Of a stretch of 64,000 bases of DNA, positions 12,175-24,801 are shown one piece after another. The first letter of the stretch is position 1; each line of letters begins with the position of its first letter. The position numbers were made by a program, and so were the translations under genes. Source of the DNA: Octopus vulgaris (taxonomy: Eukaryota). The notes below the pieces were generated by a model. It ran no database searches and was not told the origin of the DNA. It saw only the letters and a list, made by a program, of their open reading frames with translations. Where the stretch lies: the NCBI GenBank assembly GCA_951406725.2, contig OX597819.1, forward strand, positions 50,158,001 through 50,222,000, given 5' to 3'.

Positions 12175-14452
12175 CAATGGTCAACAAGTATTTTTTTTCA
12201 AACATATGTCAGGGTGTACTTAGTGTAGTTTTTAATGCTGGTTACAAATATACAGTTAGTTTTTGACATCATGTACAGTTTTCAAGAAAGTTTGGTTTTA
12301 GCTCATTCATTATATAGAAATTCCAATTAAATACGTGTATGCATGTATTTCATTTACATCATAGAAACATACCTTTAAAATGAATTACATTATTCATTGC
12401 TGCATAGTTCAGATGCAATATTTCATCTTAAATTAACTAATCAAATTTTGTCTGATGAAATAGACATTTCAACATTCCAAATCGTCTAGTCATAATTGGT
12501 CTGATGAAATATGTCATCATCTCAAATTCAATATAAGTATAACCGTTTGTATTTATTTCCTTAATTGTTTTACAGTGTTAACAATATCAAGACAGTGTAG
12601 AAATCATCATGATGTGTTTGGTTACGTTTGTGGACAATTTATTGCGAAAGCTCAAAAACGTACAATAACACCAGAGATCAAGAAGTTTTATAAGCTATAT
12701 TTTGTCCTCTTAGAGATCAGGACAAGTTATAGGCACCGCATTTTATCTGCTCAGCTTACTCAAATGGCTTATGTGACTGATTCAATAATAATAATAATAA
12801 TAAGTTCATGCCTTTTGCCATTCCAATGGGAGCCGAAAGGCAATTTCAATGGCTGTTATTTTTGCAAAGTAAATGTCACAGGATTTTCTATGCAGAATAA
12901 ACACAAAATTGTGTATCCCAATTTAGATTCTGCAATGTGACCTGTGTCTCAATGGAAGTCTGCTAATTCCAGTTCCACCAGATGATGGCATTAAAACATC
13001 AGATGATGATGTTGACTGTTACGATAGTGCTGCCGAGGAAGATTGCATGGCTGATGACGATAGCTTTGAAACTTAATAATTTCCCAAGTTGACTTCGTCA
13101 GAGACATATCCCTCTCAAAAGATAAAGCAGAACTGTTGGCATCAAGACTGAAGGAGAATTATCTGCTAGAGCACGGTGTTCGTATAACTTACTTTTGGCA
13201 GAGAAATATGGTTCTACAAACGTTTTTTTCTGTTGAGGGCCTGCTTTGCTTTTACAGTAACATCGATGGACTTTTCGAATGTTTATCACAGAATCATGAT
13301 TCTGCAGAGTGGCGTTTGTTTCTTGATTCTTCAAAACGAAGTTTCAAAGCTGTACTTCTCCAAATAGTAATTTGAAGCCCTCCATTCCTATTGCACATTC
13401 CGTTCATCTTCATGAATCATATAAGAATATGGAACTGCCCATGAAAGATGCTCATGGAAAATATGTCACGATTTAAAAGTCATTGGAATGTTGACGGGAA
13501 TGCAGTAAGGTTTCACAAAATACTGTTGTTTCTTGTGTCTATGGGATAGTCGGGCAGCTGACAGAAATTATTCGGAATCAAACTGGCAGACAAGAACATC
13601 ATAACAACCGGGACTGTCAAGAGTATACCTCTTGTAGATCCACGTAACGTCCTGTTGCCTCATTTGCACATAAAGTTTGGACTGATGAAACAATTTCTAA
13701 AGACACAAAGGAAGAAATGTGCCAGAGGGTTTGAGTACATTGTAGAAAAGTTTCCCAAAACAGGCTAAGTTGAAAGAGGTTATCCTTGTCGGATACCAAA
13801 TTAGAGAAGTACTCAAAGATGTCAACTTTAAGACAACACTGGATGAACAGGAAGTGCATGCCTGAAATGCTTTTATTTGGATCTGTGAGAATTTCTTGGG
13901 CAACAAGAAGACAATTGACTACAAGAATGGCATCAAGAATCTTCTGAAATGTTGCTCAGCAATGGGTTGTTGCATGTCACTGAAAGTTCATTTATTGGAC
14001 TCCCATCTAGTTTTCCTCGCAGATAACTTTGGAGCAGTGTATGATGAACTTAGATGTATGGAGAAACGGTACCAAGGCTTCTTGAATGGCAGTATGCTGA
14101 CTGACTACTGCTGGACACTTTACCGTGCTCAGGAACAATGCATGAAATCCAAATACCAATGTTTCTCTGTTGTTCTAACTTTGTTTTGTCTGACCCATTT
14201 TTGTGTATTCACTCTTTGTAGACTGGTAGTGATGATTTTTAACTCAATAAACTCATTTACTTTCTAAAAATAATATGTCCTTAATTATTTGATATATATA
14301 CAAATATGTAAATATTTGTATGTCTCTACAGAAAAACTGATACGTGCTGCATACAAGTCGAGTGAAATTTTGAAATCAGCACGAAAAATTAGTCTAAAAA
14401 AGTTGGTTTGTATTCATAATGAGTATAACAAATTTAATGTTTTTGACCAACG
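12175..14452 (+). mobile_element. Chapaev3-type (CMC) DNA transposon, decayed, with TAA target-site duplication
   Basis: Termini CAATGGTCAA / TTGACCAACG, each flanked by TAA; internal transposase remnants. Confidence 0.75.
12580..14130 (+). pseudogene. Chapaev3-like transposase pseudogene
   Basis: Motifs CRNHHDVFGYVCG, WEPK..CYFC, YPNLDSA, EWRLFLDSSKRSFKAVLL, CFLCLWDSR, MSLKVHLLDSHL, MEKRYQG..MLTDYCW, with stops and frameshifts. Confidence 0.85.
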
Positions 14453-14749
14453 TAATTGGTGAATTTGACTTTGTGGGTAAATGCCTTAGTGACAATCTGA
14501 TTATGTTAAGGTTTTTCGAAAAAGAAATCAGCCTTGTAACTCGCTCATTACAGATATAATCCGTAAGTGGAACAGTAAAAATGTGCAAGACTTTTCTCAA
14601 GTTTAAAATGTGACAAAATTGTTTTTCTTACTTACATTCCAACGATGTATCTTTGTATCCTCGATAGAAACCAGCTCTTTCTTCAGAGAGGAATAATTTA
14701 AATGAAAACGGAAGAGAACATACACACATATGTGTGTGTGTAAACATAT

Positions 14750-14828
<79 letters not shown>

Positions 14829-14936
14829 CCTGCTCGCTTAGCCAGCGGGGTGGCGTCATTTGGAGGCTAAAACAATGCGAACGCATTGTGACCAGCGATG
14901 TGTAACAACATCTGATGGTCTGGTCGGTCACGTGAT

Positions 14937-15019
<83 letters not shown>

Positions 15020-15285
15020 GTCTAGATTTAAAATAATAAGGGTGAAAAATTGAATATTAATTTGATATAAAAGCAATTTAAAACCAGTGGGTCTAGCATA
15101 TTGAAAAATCTGAAGTTTCTCAAAAAATTATATTACATACATATAAGGGAAATGACTTGTAATTCGACATCCATTATGCAAGAAAATCCGCTATGTTCTT
15201 TAGAACATTCCTTTCTTAGTGGTAAGATCATAGCAGATCTTCTTCTAGCATAATAGATGACCACTTACAGGTCATCCCTCTTATA

Positions 15286-15321
<36 letters not shown>

Positions 15322-15351
15322 TGTATGTATGTATGTATGTATGTATGTATG

Positions 15352-15397
<46 letters not shown>

Positions 15398-15830
15398 TAT
15401 ATATATATGTGTATGTATAAACATATATAAACACACACACACACTTACACGTATACACCTACATACATCTTTTGTATGTAGGCATGGATATACTAGCGGA
15501 AACGTACATTTTCACATTAAAGTTGTATGTTCATGTTGTCATTACTTACTTATTTATGCCGACATTACTTTATAGAGATGGAATATCAATACTAGGAGGG
15601 TATGTTTTTCTTGTTGTTGTTTAAATGAACGCCTTCGGTATTGAAATGTCGTCTGTCGAACGACTGTATGGCGCGAAAATCTACGCCATGGCTGCAGAGA
15701 CATTAAACGTTAATAAATTAATGTATCAAACATGGTGTATGTATTGTATACTCATTACTTCGTTTTATGCAATTCACGCAGATATACACGTACCTGCTCA
15801 CTTATACATTCACAAACACATACTCGCGAG

Positions 15831-15895
<65 letters not shown>

Positions 15896-16599
15896 TTGCA
15901 AAAAATTATTTTTTAAATCTGTCGGTCAAAAGGTAAAGATCCTAGATCTATACTAGAAACGTGTAACTATTGAAAAAATTTAGGTTTAATAACATTCTAG
16001 TTAATATAGGGAGGGAATATGCTCAGAAGAAATGTTCATATTTCATGGTTGTTTGTGGAAAACTAAACTGCTTTTCAACACCTCAAAATCTTTTCGTCAT
16101 ATGCTTCCTTTGTGTTTCTTTGTTTGCACACTGAGTGCTACAAATACTTAGGTATTGACGAGAATGTATCATACAAAGATGCAACGGACAAAGACAGGCC
16201 AAACAAAGAATGATACTTCGGAGGTAAAAGATGGCAGGCGAAGTTTTTATTTCAATAGCAACGCAATATCCCACAATGCATTTGCAGTACAGTACTGACA
16301 CCAACATTTGTGATAATTGTTATTTATTATGGCCGGGTTCCAATCCTGACCGCAGCAACAAAGTCAATCTGTCACACTTCTCGGTCCATCATAACTACCT
16401 TGACGTCCTGAATACATTCCAGACTGTATCTGCAATCAAGTTGGTGTGTGATGACATTTTCCCCTCCTTACATCATCATGAAGTGGATTCCACAAGACTA
16501 ATTTGGATGCTCCCAGTTCAGGGGATAGTCGTAGCCGTCATTGCCTGATCATCTCGCTAACTTTGGGCAGGTCTCCGGTGATAATTAACTGGTGTATTG

Positions 16600-16830
16600 T
16601 GGAAACGCACGGCTTAGTAGTTGGGGGTGTTGGACTCATGATCGTAAGATTATGATTTCGATTCCTGGACCAGGCGTTGCGTTATGTTCTTTTCACATTG
16701 CTCCAATCCGCTCAGCCGGTAAAAATGAGTCACCCTGCGACGGACCGGCGTCCTGTCCAAGGAAGAAAATATACTCCAGAGAAACCGGAAAACCAACCGG
16801 TCCTGTGCTCTTTTCGGAGTAACGTGGACT
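16600..16830 (+). mobile_element. SINE family 2-related copy
   Basis: tRNA-like head; flanked by TSD-like AACTGGTGTATTG / AACCGGTGTATTG. Confidence 0.7.
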
Positions 16831-17268
16831 AACCAACCGGTGTATTGGGGATGTTAAAAGCCACAAGATCTCTTCTTCTGTTGGATACGTCTACAGGAAT
16901 AGTGATATTGGTGGGAATCAATCTCAGAAGAGATATTTCACAAGAATAATCTATTAATAAGAGTACACAATGTTTGGTTGTTCGACATGTAATCGCACTC
17001 TTCCCTTGACGTTATCTGCACTCTTTCCATTACATATTTGCGTCCTTATTTTCTTCTTGTTTCAGTCATTAGATTGCGGCCATGCTGGAGCACTGCCTTA
17101 AGGAAGTTTTTGTCAAATGAAGCGACCTCAGTACCTATTTTATTAAGCCTGGTATCTATTCTATCGGTGTCTTGTGCCAAACCGCTAAGTTATGGGGATG
17201 TGAACACACCAACACCGGTTTTATAGCGGTGGTAGAACACACACACACACACTTACACTCGCACACAC

Positions 17269-17301
<33 letters not shown>

Positions 17302-17307
17302 TGTATG

Positions 17308-17372
<65 letters not shown>

Positions 17373-17376
17373 AAAA

Positions 17377-17414
17377 CTGTCCGATGAACGGCAACGGGAA
17401 ACTCAGAGTAACAG
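17377..17414 (+). ncRNA. Type I hammerhead ribozyme motif (U4C core)
   Basis: CTGT-CCGATGA-A-CG(GCAA)CG-G-GAA-ACTCAGAGT-A-ACAG: helix I CTGT/ACAG, GNRA-capped helix II, helix III ACTC/GAGT, GUA site. Confidence 0.7.
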
Positions 17415-17478
17415 GTTTTATTGAATTTTCTGCTGCTTTAAATAAAGTATATATATATATGTATATATATATATGTAT

Positions 17479-17509
<31 letters not shown>

Positions 17510-17518
17510 CATACATAC

Positions 17519-17550
<32 letters not shown>

Positions 17551-17860
17551 GTATATATATATTTTAATAATTTTTTAATTTTTAACTTTTATATTTTAAA
17601 ATTAATTTTATGTATTGGCTTATGTTTTTCACTGTTTGATTTACCTAATAGTGGTTTTATCTCTAATTTAATATAATATATATATATATAACATAAGGGA
17701 CTAAAGCCATCTGAATATGGCTAGGGACAGGGCAGGGTGGTGGGGGTGTTACTGTTGCATTTAGCCCCAGGCGAACATCGACGTCACCAGAAAGGCCCGA
17801 CACCGTCACGGTGTCCTTTAACCTGCAAAGGGAGGTAATTCCCCGATGAAGCGGAAACCA

Positions 17861-17906
17861 CACACGGACCATGGTTTCAAGGTGTATTGCCTATCGTCGG
17901 CGTGTG
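17861..17906 (-). ncRNA. Type I hammerhead ribozyme (left-arm copy)
   Basis: Reverse complement of 18273-18318. Confidence 0.8.
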
Positions 17907-18272
17907 GTAGGCTTCCGCTTCCTCGACGAATTCTCACTCTGCAGGATATTCATATATAGATTTTCAAGCAAAATACATTTGCTGATTTCGAAAATCTGTT
18001 CGAAAGCAATAATAATTCTCTAAAAGAGATATAGACAGTAACTGCTCGATAACATAAGGGACTAAAGCCATCTGAATATGGCTTGCCATGTCCCTAGCCA
18101 TATTCAGATGGCTTTAGTCCCTTATGTTATCGAGCAGTTACTGTCTATATCTCTTTTAGAGAATTATCATTGCTTTCGAACAGATTTTCGAAATCAGCAA
18201 ATGTATTTTGCTTGAAAATCTATATATGAATATCCTGCAGAGTGAGAATTCGTCGAGGAAGCGGAAGCCTAC

Positions 18273-18318
18273 CACACGCCGACGATAGGCAATACACCTT
18301 GAAACCATGGTCCGTGTG
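18273..18318 (+). ncRNA. Type I hammerhead ribozyme (U4C core, GUC site at 18310-18312)
   Basis: CACACG-CCGACGA-T-AGG(CAATACA)CCT-T-GAA-ACCATGGT-C-CGTGTG: 6-bp helix I and palindromic helix III. Confidence 0.8.
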
Positions 18319-18533
18319 TGGTTTCCGCTTCATCGGGGAATTACCTCCCTTTGCAGGTTAAAGGACACCGTGACGGTGTCGGGCCTTTCTTGTGACGTCG
18401 ATGTTCGCCTGGGGCTAAATGCAACAGTAACACCCCCACCACCCTGCCCTGTCCCTAGCCATATTCAGATGGCTTTAGTCCCTTATGTTATCGAGCAGTT
18501 ACTGTCTATATCTCTTTTAGAGAATTATTATTG

Positions 18534-18570
<37 letters not shown>

Positions 18571-18574
<4 letters not shown>

Positions 18575-18668
18575 TAATCCAAACAGAAAACAAAAAAGAC
18601 AACAACGCAAGGAGGTGGAACAATTAAAGTATTATTAGGCGCTCAGGAAAAAAGGGAAGAAGGAGGGT
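18571..18668 (-). mobile_element. HHR family A element truncated at the predicted cleavage site
   Basis: Homologous to 45641-45747 and stops at GGAGGGT. Confidence 0.8.
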
Positions 18669-19275
18669 ATATATACACACATACGATGAGCTTCTTTCAG
18701 TTTCCGTCTATCACATCCACTCACAAAGCTTCGGTCAGCCCGAGGCTATAACAGAAGACACTTGCCCAAGGTGTCACGCAGTGGGACTGAACCCAAAACC
18801 ATTTGGTTGGAAAGCGAGCTTCTTACCACACATCCACGGCTACGCCTAGTTTTGAAAAAAAAAAAGAAGAAATAGCAGAAAATATTTGGAGTAGCCACGC
18901 ACCGATTTGGTTTTGTGACAATCACAAGGCTGTGAAACTCTAAAACAGGTTTCTCTCTATAATGATGTAGAGGTGAAGAAAAATTAGTCAGAGATGACGA
19001 ATACCTATGCATTCGGATCGATACTTCTATCCATTCGGTCCCAAAACGTTATCCAGGATATAAGTGAAAACCTAGCAATTGAAATAATCAGGATACTGGG
19101 CATGAGAGTAATAATTGGATATGATATAAAGAATAATGATAGCCAAAAAATATTATGATTATATCGGTGCTCGTAACTTCATACATATTTCATTAGCATA
19201 ACTTACGTTACATGTTTTACATGAGCTCTTCTCTAAAATATATAACATCTCACACCTTATATATTCTTTATTAGT

Positions 19276-20434
<1,159 letters not shown>

Positions 20435-20743
20435 GTACCAATTTTTGGCACAAGGCCAGCAATTTCAGCCGATACTATGGCATTTCATACAAAGCTTGTA
20501 CTATTCCAAATAATATAACAAATTCCACACAAATGCTTCCTGAATAATTCAATAGTTTTCATAACAAAAAAGACCAACCATCACCATTGTGAAAGTTCAG
20601 CAAAAAAAAAAAAATAATAATAAATAAATAAAATACATGTTACATGAGATCTCGCCACCACCCAGCAAAGATAATACGATTTACGTCTATAAAACACAGA
20701 CGTGCACCTTATAGAGCACAAGAAAATTCACATAAAAATATTG

Positions 20744-20959
20744 GTTTCAAGTTTTGGCTCAAGGCCAGCAATTTTGGGGTACGGGGGTAAATCGATTACA
20801 TCGATCCCCAGTATTCAACTGCTACTTATTTTATCGATTCCGAAAGGATGAAAGGTAAAGTCGACCACGGCGGAATTTGAATTCAGAAGTGAAAGATGGA
20901 TGAAATGCCGCTAAGCATTTCATCCGGCGTGATAACGGTTCTGCCAGCTCACCGCCCTT
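20744..20959 (-). mobile_element. SINE family 3
   Basis: Homology to other copies. Confidence 0.88.
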
Positions 20960-21289
20960 ATAGTCTCTTAATATTATTCTCACATAAAAATATTGAAAAC
21001 ATAACAATAAGATGCGAAGCTCGTTCCTAATAGTTCCTGCTAGCATAGAAGCGTCGTCGTCACAAATGCGTAATTTCATCTTTGAAGGACAATGACATAC
21101 GCGTACTATCCAGTTCCATGCAGGTCAGCGATATTAAAACTGTACTTCGCCCAACTATTACAACAATACTTTTCCCAACCATTAGGGGTGGTCAGAAAAC
21201 GATGAACTTTGGAGCTTATCTCGACGGTTAGCTGTACCTCCGGCAGAAACAGCGGTGAGTCATGAAAAACTTATAAGGGCTGATGAGTA

Positions 21290-22180
21290 GGGTTGGTAGT
21301 AAGTGTTTGTACAAGGATGATCAAGGCTGACATCATCGACAATTTTCGGCCGTTATGTATACTGGACTTACAGTTTAAGATTTTGACCAAGGTATTCACG
21401 AAGAGATGGGTGATTGTCGTCTGGACTTTCCCCCCAGAAAACACTAACCGCGATTTCTTCACAGATAAAGTCCATCTCGAGCGAAATAACTTAGAGGGGG
21501 TATGCAATGAACTTGGTTCAGTGGGGCTATAATCTATTTGACTAAGTCAACTATTAGTACTCAATGATGGTCTTCATTGTAGCCGGTTTCAGTCCAGTTT
21601 CCAGAGGCTTGATAGCTTTGATGCACACCAGGACACACTCTTTCACTCTCCTGCACTTTTTTGGTCCTCGACGCATTGCAGCGGAAGCTAGAGGTGTTAA
21701 GGAGTACCTCGCTCGTACTGGAATGTCAGCATGTAAGATGATGTTCCTGTCATAATGTCAGACGTATCGGAATTCGACGCCGTATTGAAGGAATATGGGG
21801 TTCTAACAGGAGCACACTTTAACGAGGGTACGTCAGTGGTAATTTGAGAAGGAAGTCTATGCTGGTCATTGTCGTGGACAACTGGACCAAATGTTCTTTT
21901 CTGTGTATGGTTTGGTTTCAGCCAGATCACCAGTTGGATAGGAACTGAGAGATGGTTACGAACAGAATTACCAATTGTATTTAGAAGTAGGCTGAGAGAA
22001 AATATCCCTGGAAGATCGGGGGGAGAGATAACGAACGTTATTCATTTATGAAATGATAAATGAATAACGTTCGTTATCTCCCTACAATCTTCCAGATAAA
22101 TAACGATTTCTCTGACGAATTTCGTGTCTTGTCTCAGTTTTAATCTTGCCGACTTGCAATACACACGTTTTCGTTCCTTG
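21290..22180 (+). mobile_element. Highly decayed Tx1/L1-like LINE RT fragment
   Basis: IDNFRPLCILDLQFKILTKVF resembles the RT N-terminal NYRPISLLNxDYKILxK motif. Confidence 0.55.
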
Positions 22181-22194
22181 TGAGAGTGAGAGCG

Positions 22195-22231
<37 letters not shown>

Positions 22232-22334
22232 AAGAGAAAGATGTCTTCTATTAGTCAGAAGTTCAATCTGATATCAATACTTCCTGTGTTTTTATTGTGC
22301 CACCATCACTAGATGTATCATTAATCAGGACTGG

Positions 22335-22555
22335 TAATTGAGCACCCTGATAATCGCTACCTCATATGAGTGACAATGAAGAAACAAAATATTATGAATA
22401 ACGGTGGTAGTGAAACTGAAGCCATTGATGGTAACAGTGTTGCACCCGGCAGGCTCAGATATTCTGGTCCGGCTCCAGCTTCTTGATATCCAGAAAGGGA
22501 CCAACAAACACGGCGTAGATGGTGCAAGCAAATTAATGCTGTGGTCATGGAGCAT

Positions 22556-22557
<2 letters not shown>
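22335..22557 (+). mobile_element. Probable R4/Dong LINE 5' fragment
   Basis: RRRWCKQINAVVMEHYY resembles the N-terminal RRKW..N..VMECYY of R4/Dong ORFs. Confidence 0.45.
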
Positions 22558-22606
<49 letters not shown>

Positions 22607-22611
22607 TCAGC

Positions 22612-22691
22612 AATCTTATTTTTATCACGTGCTATCACTGCACTACTGAGTGCAGCTCTATGTGCCTTGGGTATGTGCAGTGGTTTTTTGT

Positions 22692-22693
<2 letters not shown>
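22612..22693 (-). mobile_element. 3' UTR fragment of the R4/Dong family at 28340-28895
   Basis: Reverse complement matches 28813-28895. Confidence 0.75.
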
Positions 22694-22746
<53 letters not shown>

Positions 22747-22762
22747 CATTGTTATCACCATC

Positions 22763-22793
<31 letters not shown>

Positions 22794-22898
22794 CTACCAT
22801 CGTCGTCGTCGTCATCATCTTCATCATCATTATTATATAATGAAATAATATCTTTAAAAAACCCACCCCTACCCCGCCCCACAAAAAAACCCTGTTAG

Positions 22899-23024
22899 AT
22901 GTCGTGTCAAGGAGTATTGAAATATTGCAATCCTCTGATGATGGTCTCCAATTTTCCCTCTTCCATTTTACGCCTCCCTTATTAGAGCGACGAGATGTCA
23001 TCTGTTCATTAGCTTTACTAAAAG
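22899..23024 (+). CDS. Candidate internal exon (phase 1-1, 42 codons; SDDGLQF Asp-box-like)
   Basis: TTAG acceptor, AAG|GTAATT donor, open frame DVVSRSIEILQSSDDGLQFSLFHFTPPLLERRDVICSLALLK; no homology recognised. Confidence 0.3.
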
Positions 23025-23178
23025 GTAATTTTTATTTATGCTTTGACAGGAAGTTAGACTAAAACGAAGACACGCTGCTGCTGCTGTTGGTGGTGGTGCT
23101 AATGTTGATGACGATGTTGATGGTGAAGATGCTGATTCTTGCAACAAGAACAACACCAACACCACCAACAATAACGAC

Positions 23179-23212
<34 letters not shown>

Positions 23213-23288
23213 CGTAAATAAGATATATATCATCGACCTTTTTTCTCAACTTTACAGCTTCCTCGGAATTATACACACACACACACAG

Positions 23289-23365
<77 letters not shown>

Positions 23366-23640
23366 TGTGTGTATATATATGTTTGTATATATATATATAC
23401 ACACATATACATATATCTACAAACTTTACTTATTTCTGTATGTACGCAAGACGCCAATAATAAAGGCATAATATAAAATAATATATGAGTATATATTTAT
23501 ATTTATGTATGTATATATTATATGATTATACATTCGTGTGTATGTATATGCGGGGGGAGTGAGTATAATATATATATATATATGTATATACGTATGTATG
23601 TATGTATGTATGTATGTATGTATGTATGTATGTATGTATG

Positions 23641-23983
23641 TGAAGGCGCATGGCTCAGTGGTTACAGCGTCGAGCTTACGATCGTGAGGTTGTGAGCTCG
23701 AATCCCGGTCCGGGCTGCGTGTTGTGTTCTTGAGCAAAGCACTTTATTTTCACGTTGCTCCAGTTCATTCAGCTGTAGAAATGAGTTGCGACGTCACAGG
23801 TGCCAAGCTGTATCGACCTTTGTCTTTCCCTTGGATAACACTGGTGGCGTGGAGAGGGGAGGCTGGTATGCATGGGCGACTGCTGGTCTTCCATAAACAA
23901 CCTTGCCCGGACTTGTGTCTAGGAGGGTAACTTTCTAGGTGCAATCCCATGATCATTCATGACCGAAGGGGGTCTTTACCCTT
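23641..23983 (+). mobile_element. SINE family 2, full length
   Basis: tRNA head, core and tail; inserted in (TATG)n. Confidence 0.9.
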
Positions 23984-24239
23984 ATGTATGTATGTATGTA
24001 TGCATGTATGTATGTATGTATGTATGTATGTATGTATGTATGTATGTATGTGTGTGTGTATATATATATATGTAAACAATTTTAAAATAGGATAATATCT
24101 TTATAAGAATTTATCAAGTAGTCAGCGTGAAAAACCTCGTAAGGGAAAAATTATAATTATTCCCTTTAAAATATATTTATATATATTAAGGGCATTGCTA
24201 CACTTGAATGCCTCACGCTTTGAGGGACTCTTAAAGTCA

Positions 24240-24402
24240 AAATTCCCATATATTCTCTCTCTGTGTATCTTTCTGTTGAAGAGCGTAGGCTCGAAACGTT
24301 AAAGACTTGTTTTATTTATATTTCCTGAGCGCCATACGAATACAATTGTTCGTTTGTTTTCCACCTGCCTTCGTCTTTTGTTTATTTTCATAAAGCTTCC
24401 CG

Positions 24403-24403
<1 letters not shown>
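24240..24403 (+). mobile_element. HHR family B element (hammerhead 24268-24305, CUGUUGA core)
   Basis: TCTTT-CTGTTGA-A-GAGC(GTAG)GCTC-GAA-ACGT-T-AAAGA. Confidence 0.75.
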
Positions 24404-24447
<44 letters not shown>

Positions 24448-24748
24448 CATACGTACATTCCAAATTTTGTATGCAAACCATGCAGAACATATACACAATA
24501 CAGGATGGGCTGAACTTTATTCAGTTCCGATGTTAAACTAACGGCTACCTTAGCACAGTCACTTTGCCCTTGGGTGGTTTTAATGAATTGCAATTTGTTG
24601 AAAGTACCTAAGTGAAGTCAGCGGTTTAGGTTTGTCTTGCAGGACCTGTTAAAATACAATGGGCACGCTCTCGCATGGGTCTATCTCTCTTTCTTTCTAT
24701 CAACACAAATGCAAACACACACATATACACACATATATATATGTACAT

Positions 24749-24800
<52 letters not shown>

Positions 24801-24801
<1 letters not shown>

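Larger units (their letters stand above)
17688..18534. mobile_element. Palindromic retrozyme / Penelope pLTR-like element, 361-bp monomer
   Basis: Arms 17688-18083 and 18096-18491 are near-perfect inverted copies; ACATAAGGG recurs at 17691 and 18052 (period 361); tail extends to 18534; sits in (TA)n. Confidence 0.9.
17050..18846 (-). mobile_element. SINE family 1 split by nested insertions in its internal microsatellite
   Basis: Tail half at 17050-17240 and head half at 18683-18846, same orientation and order as intact copies. Confidence 0.7.

Noticed and set aside
17663-17872. Duplicated ORF MVRVWFPLHRG.. (also 18307-18627)
   Set aside because: Its ATG lies inside hammerhead helix III, and the two copies only reflect the palindrome; no protein features.
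15575-19075. Exon-like unique patches at ~15.6, 16.3, 16.9 and 19.0 kb
   Set aside because: In-frame stops or poor splice sites, and no recognisable homology.
23641-23720. tRNA gene
   Set aside because: The tRNA-like head runs into a SINE core and tail and is multi-copy; no full cloverleaf established.
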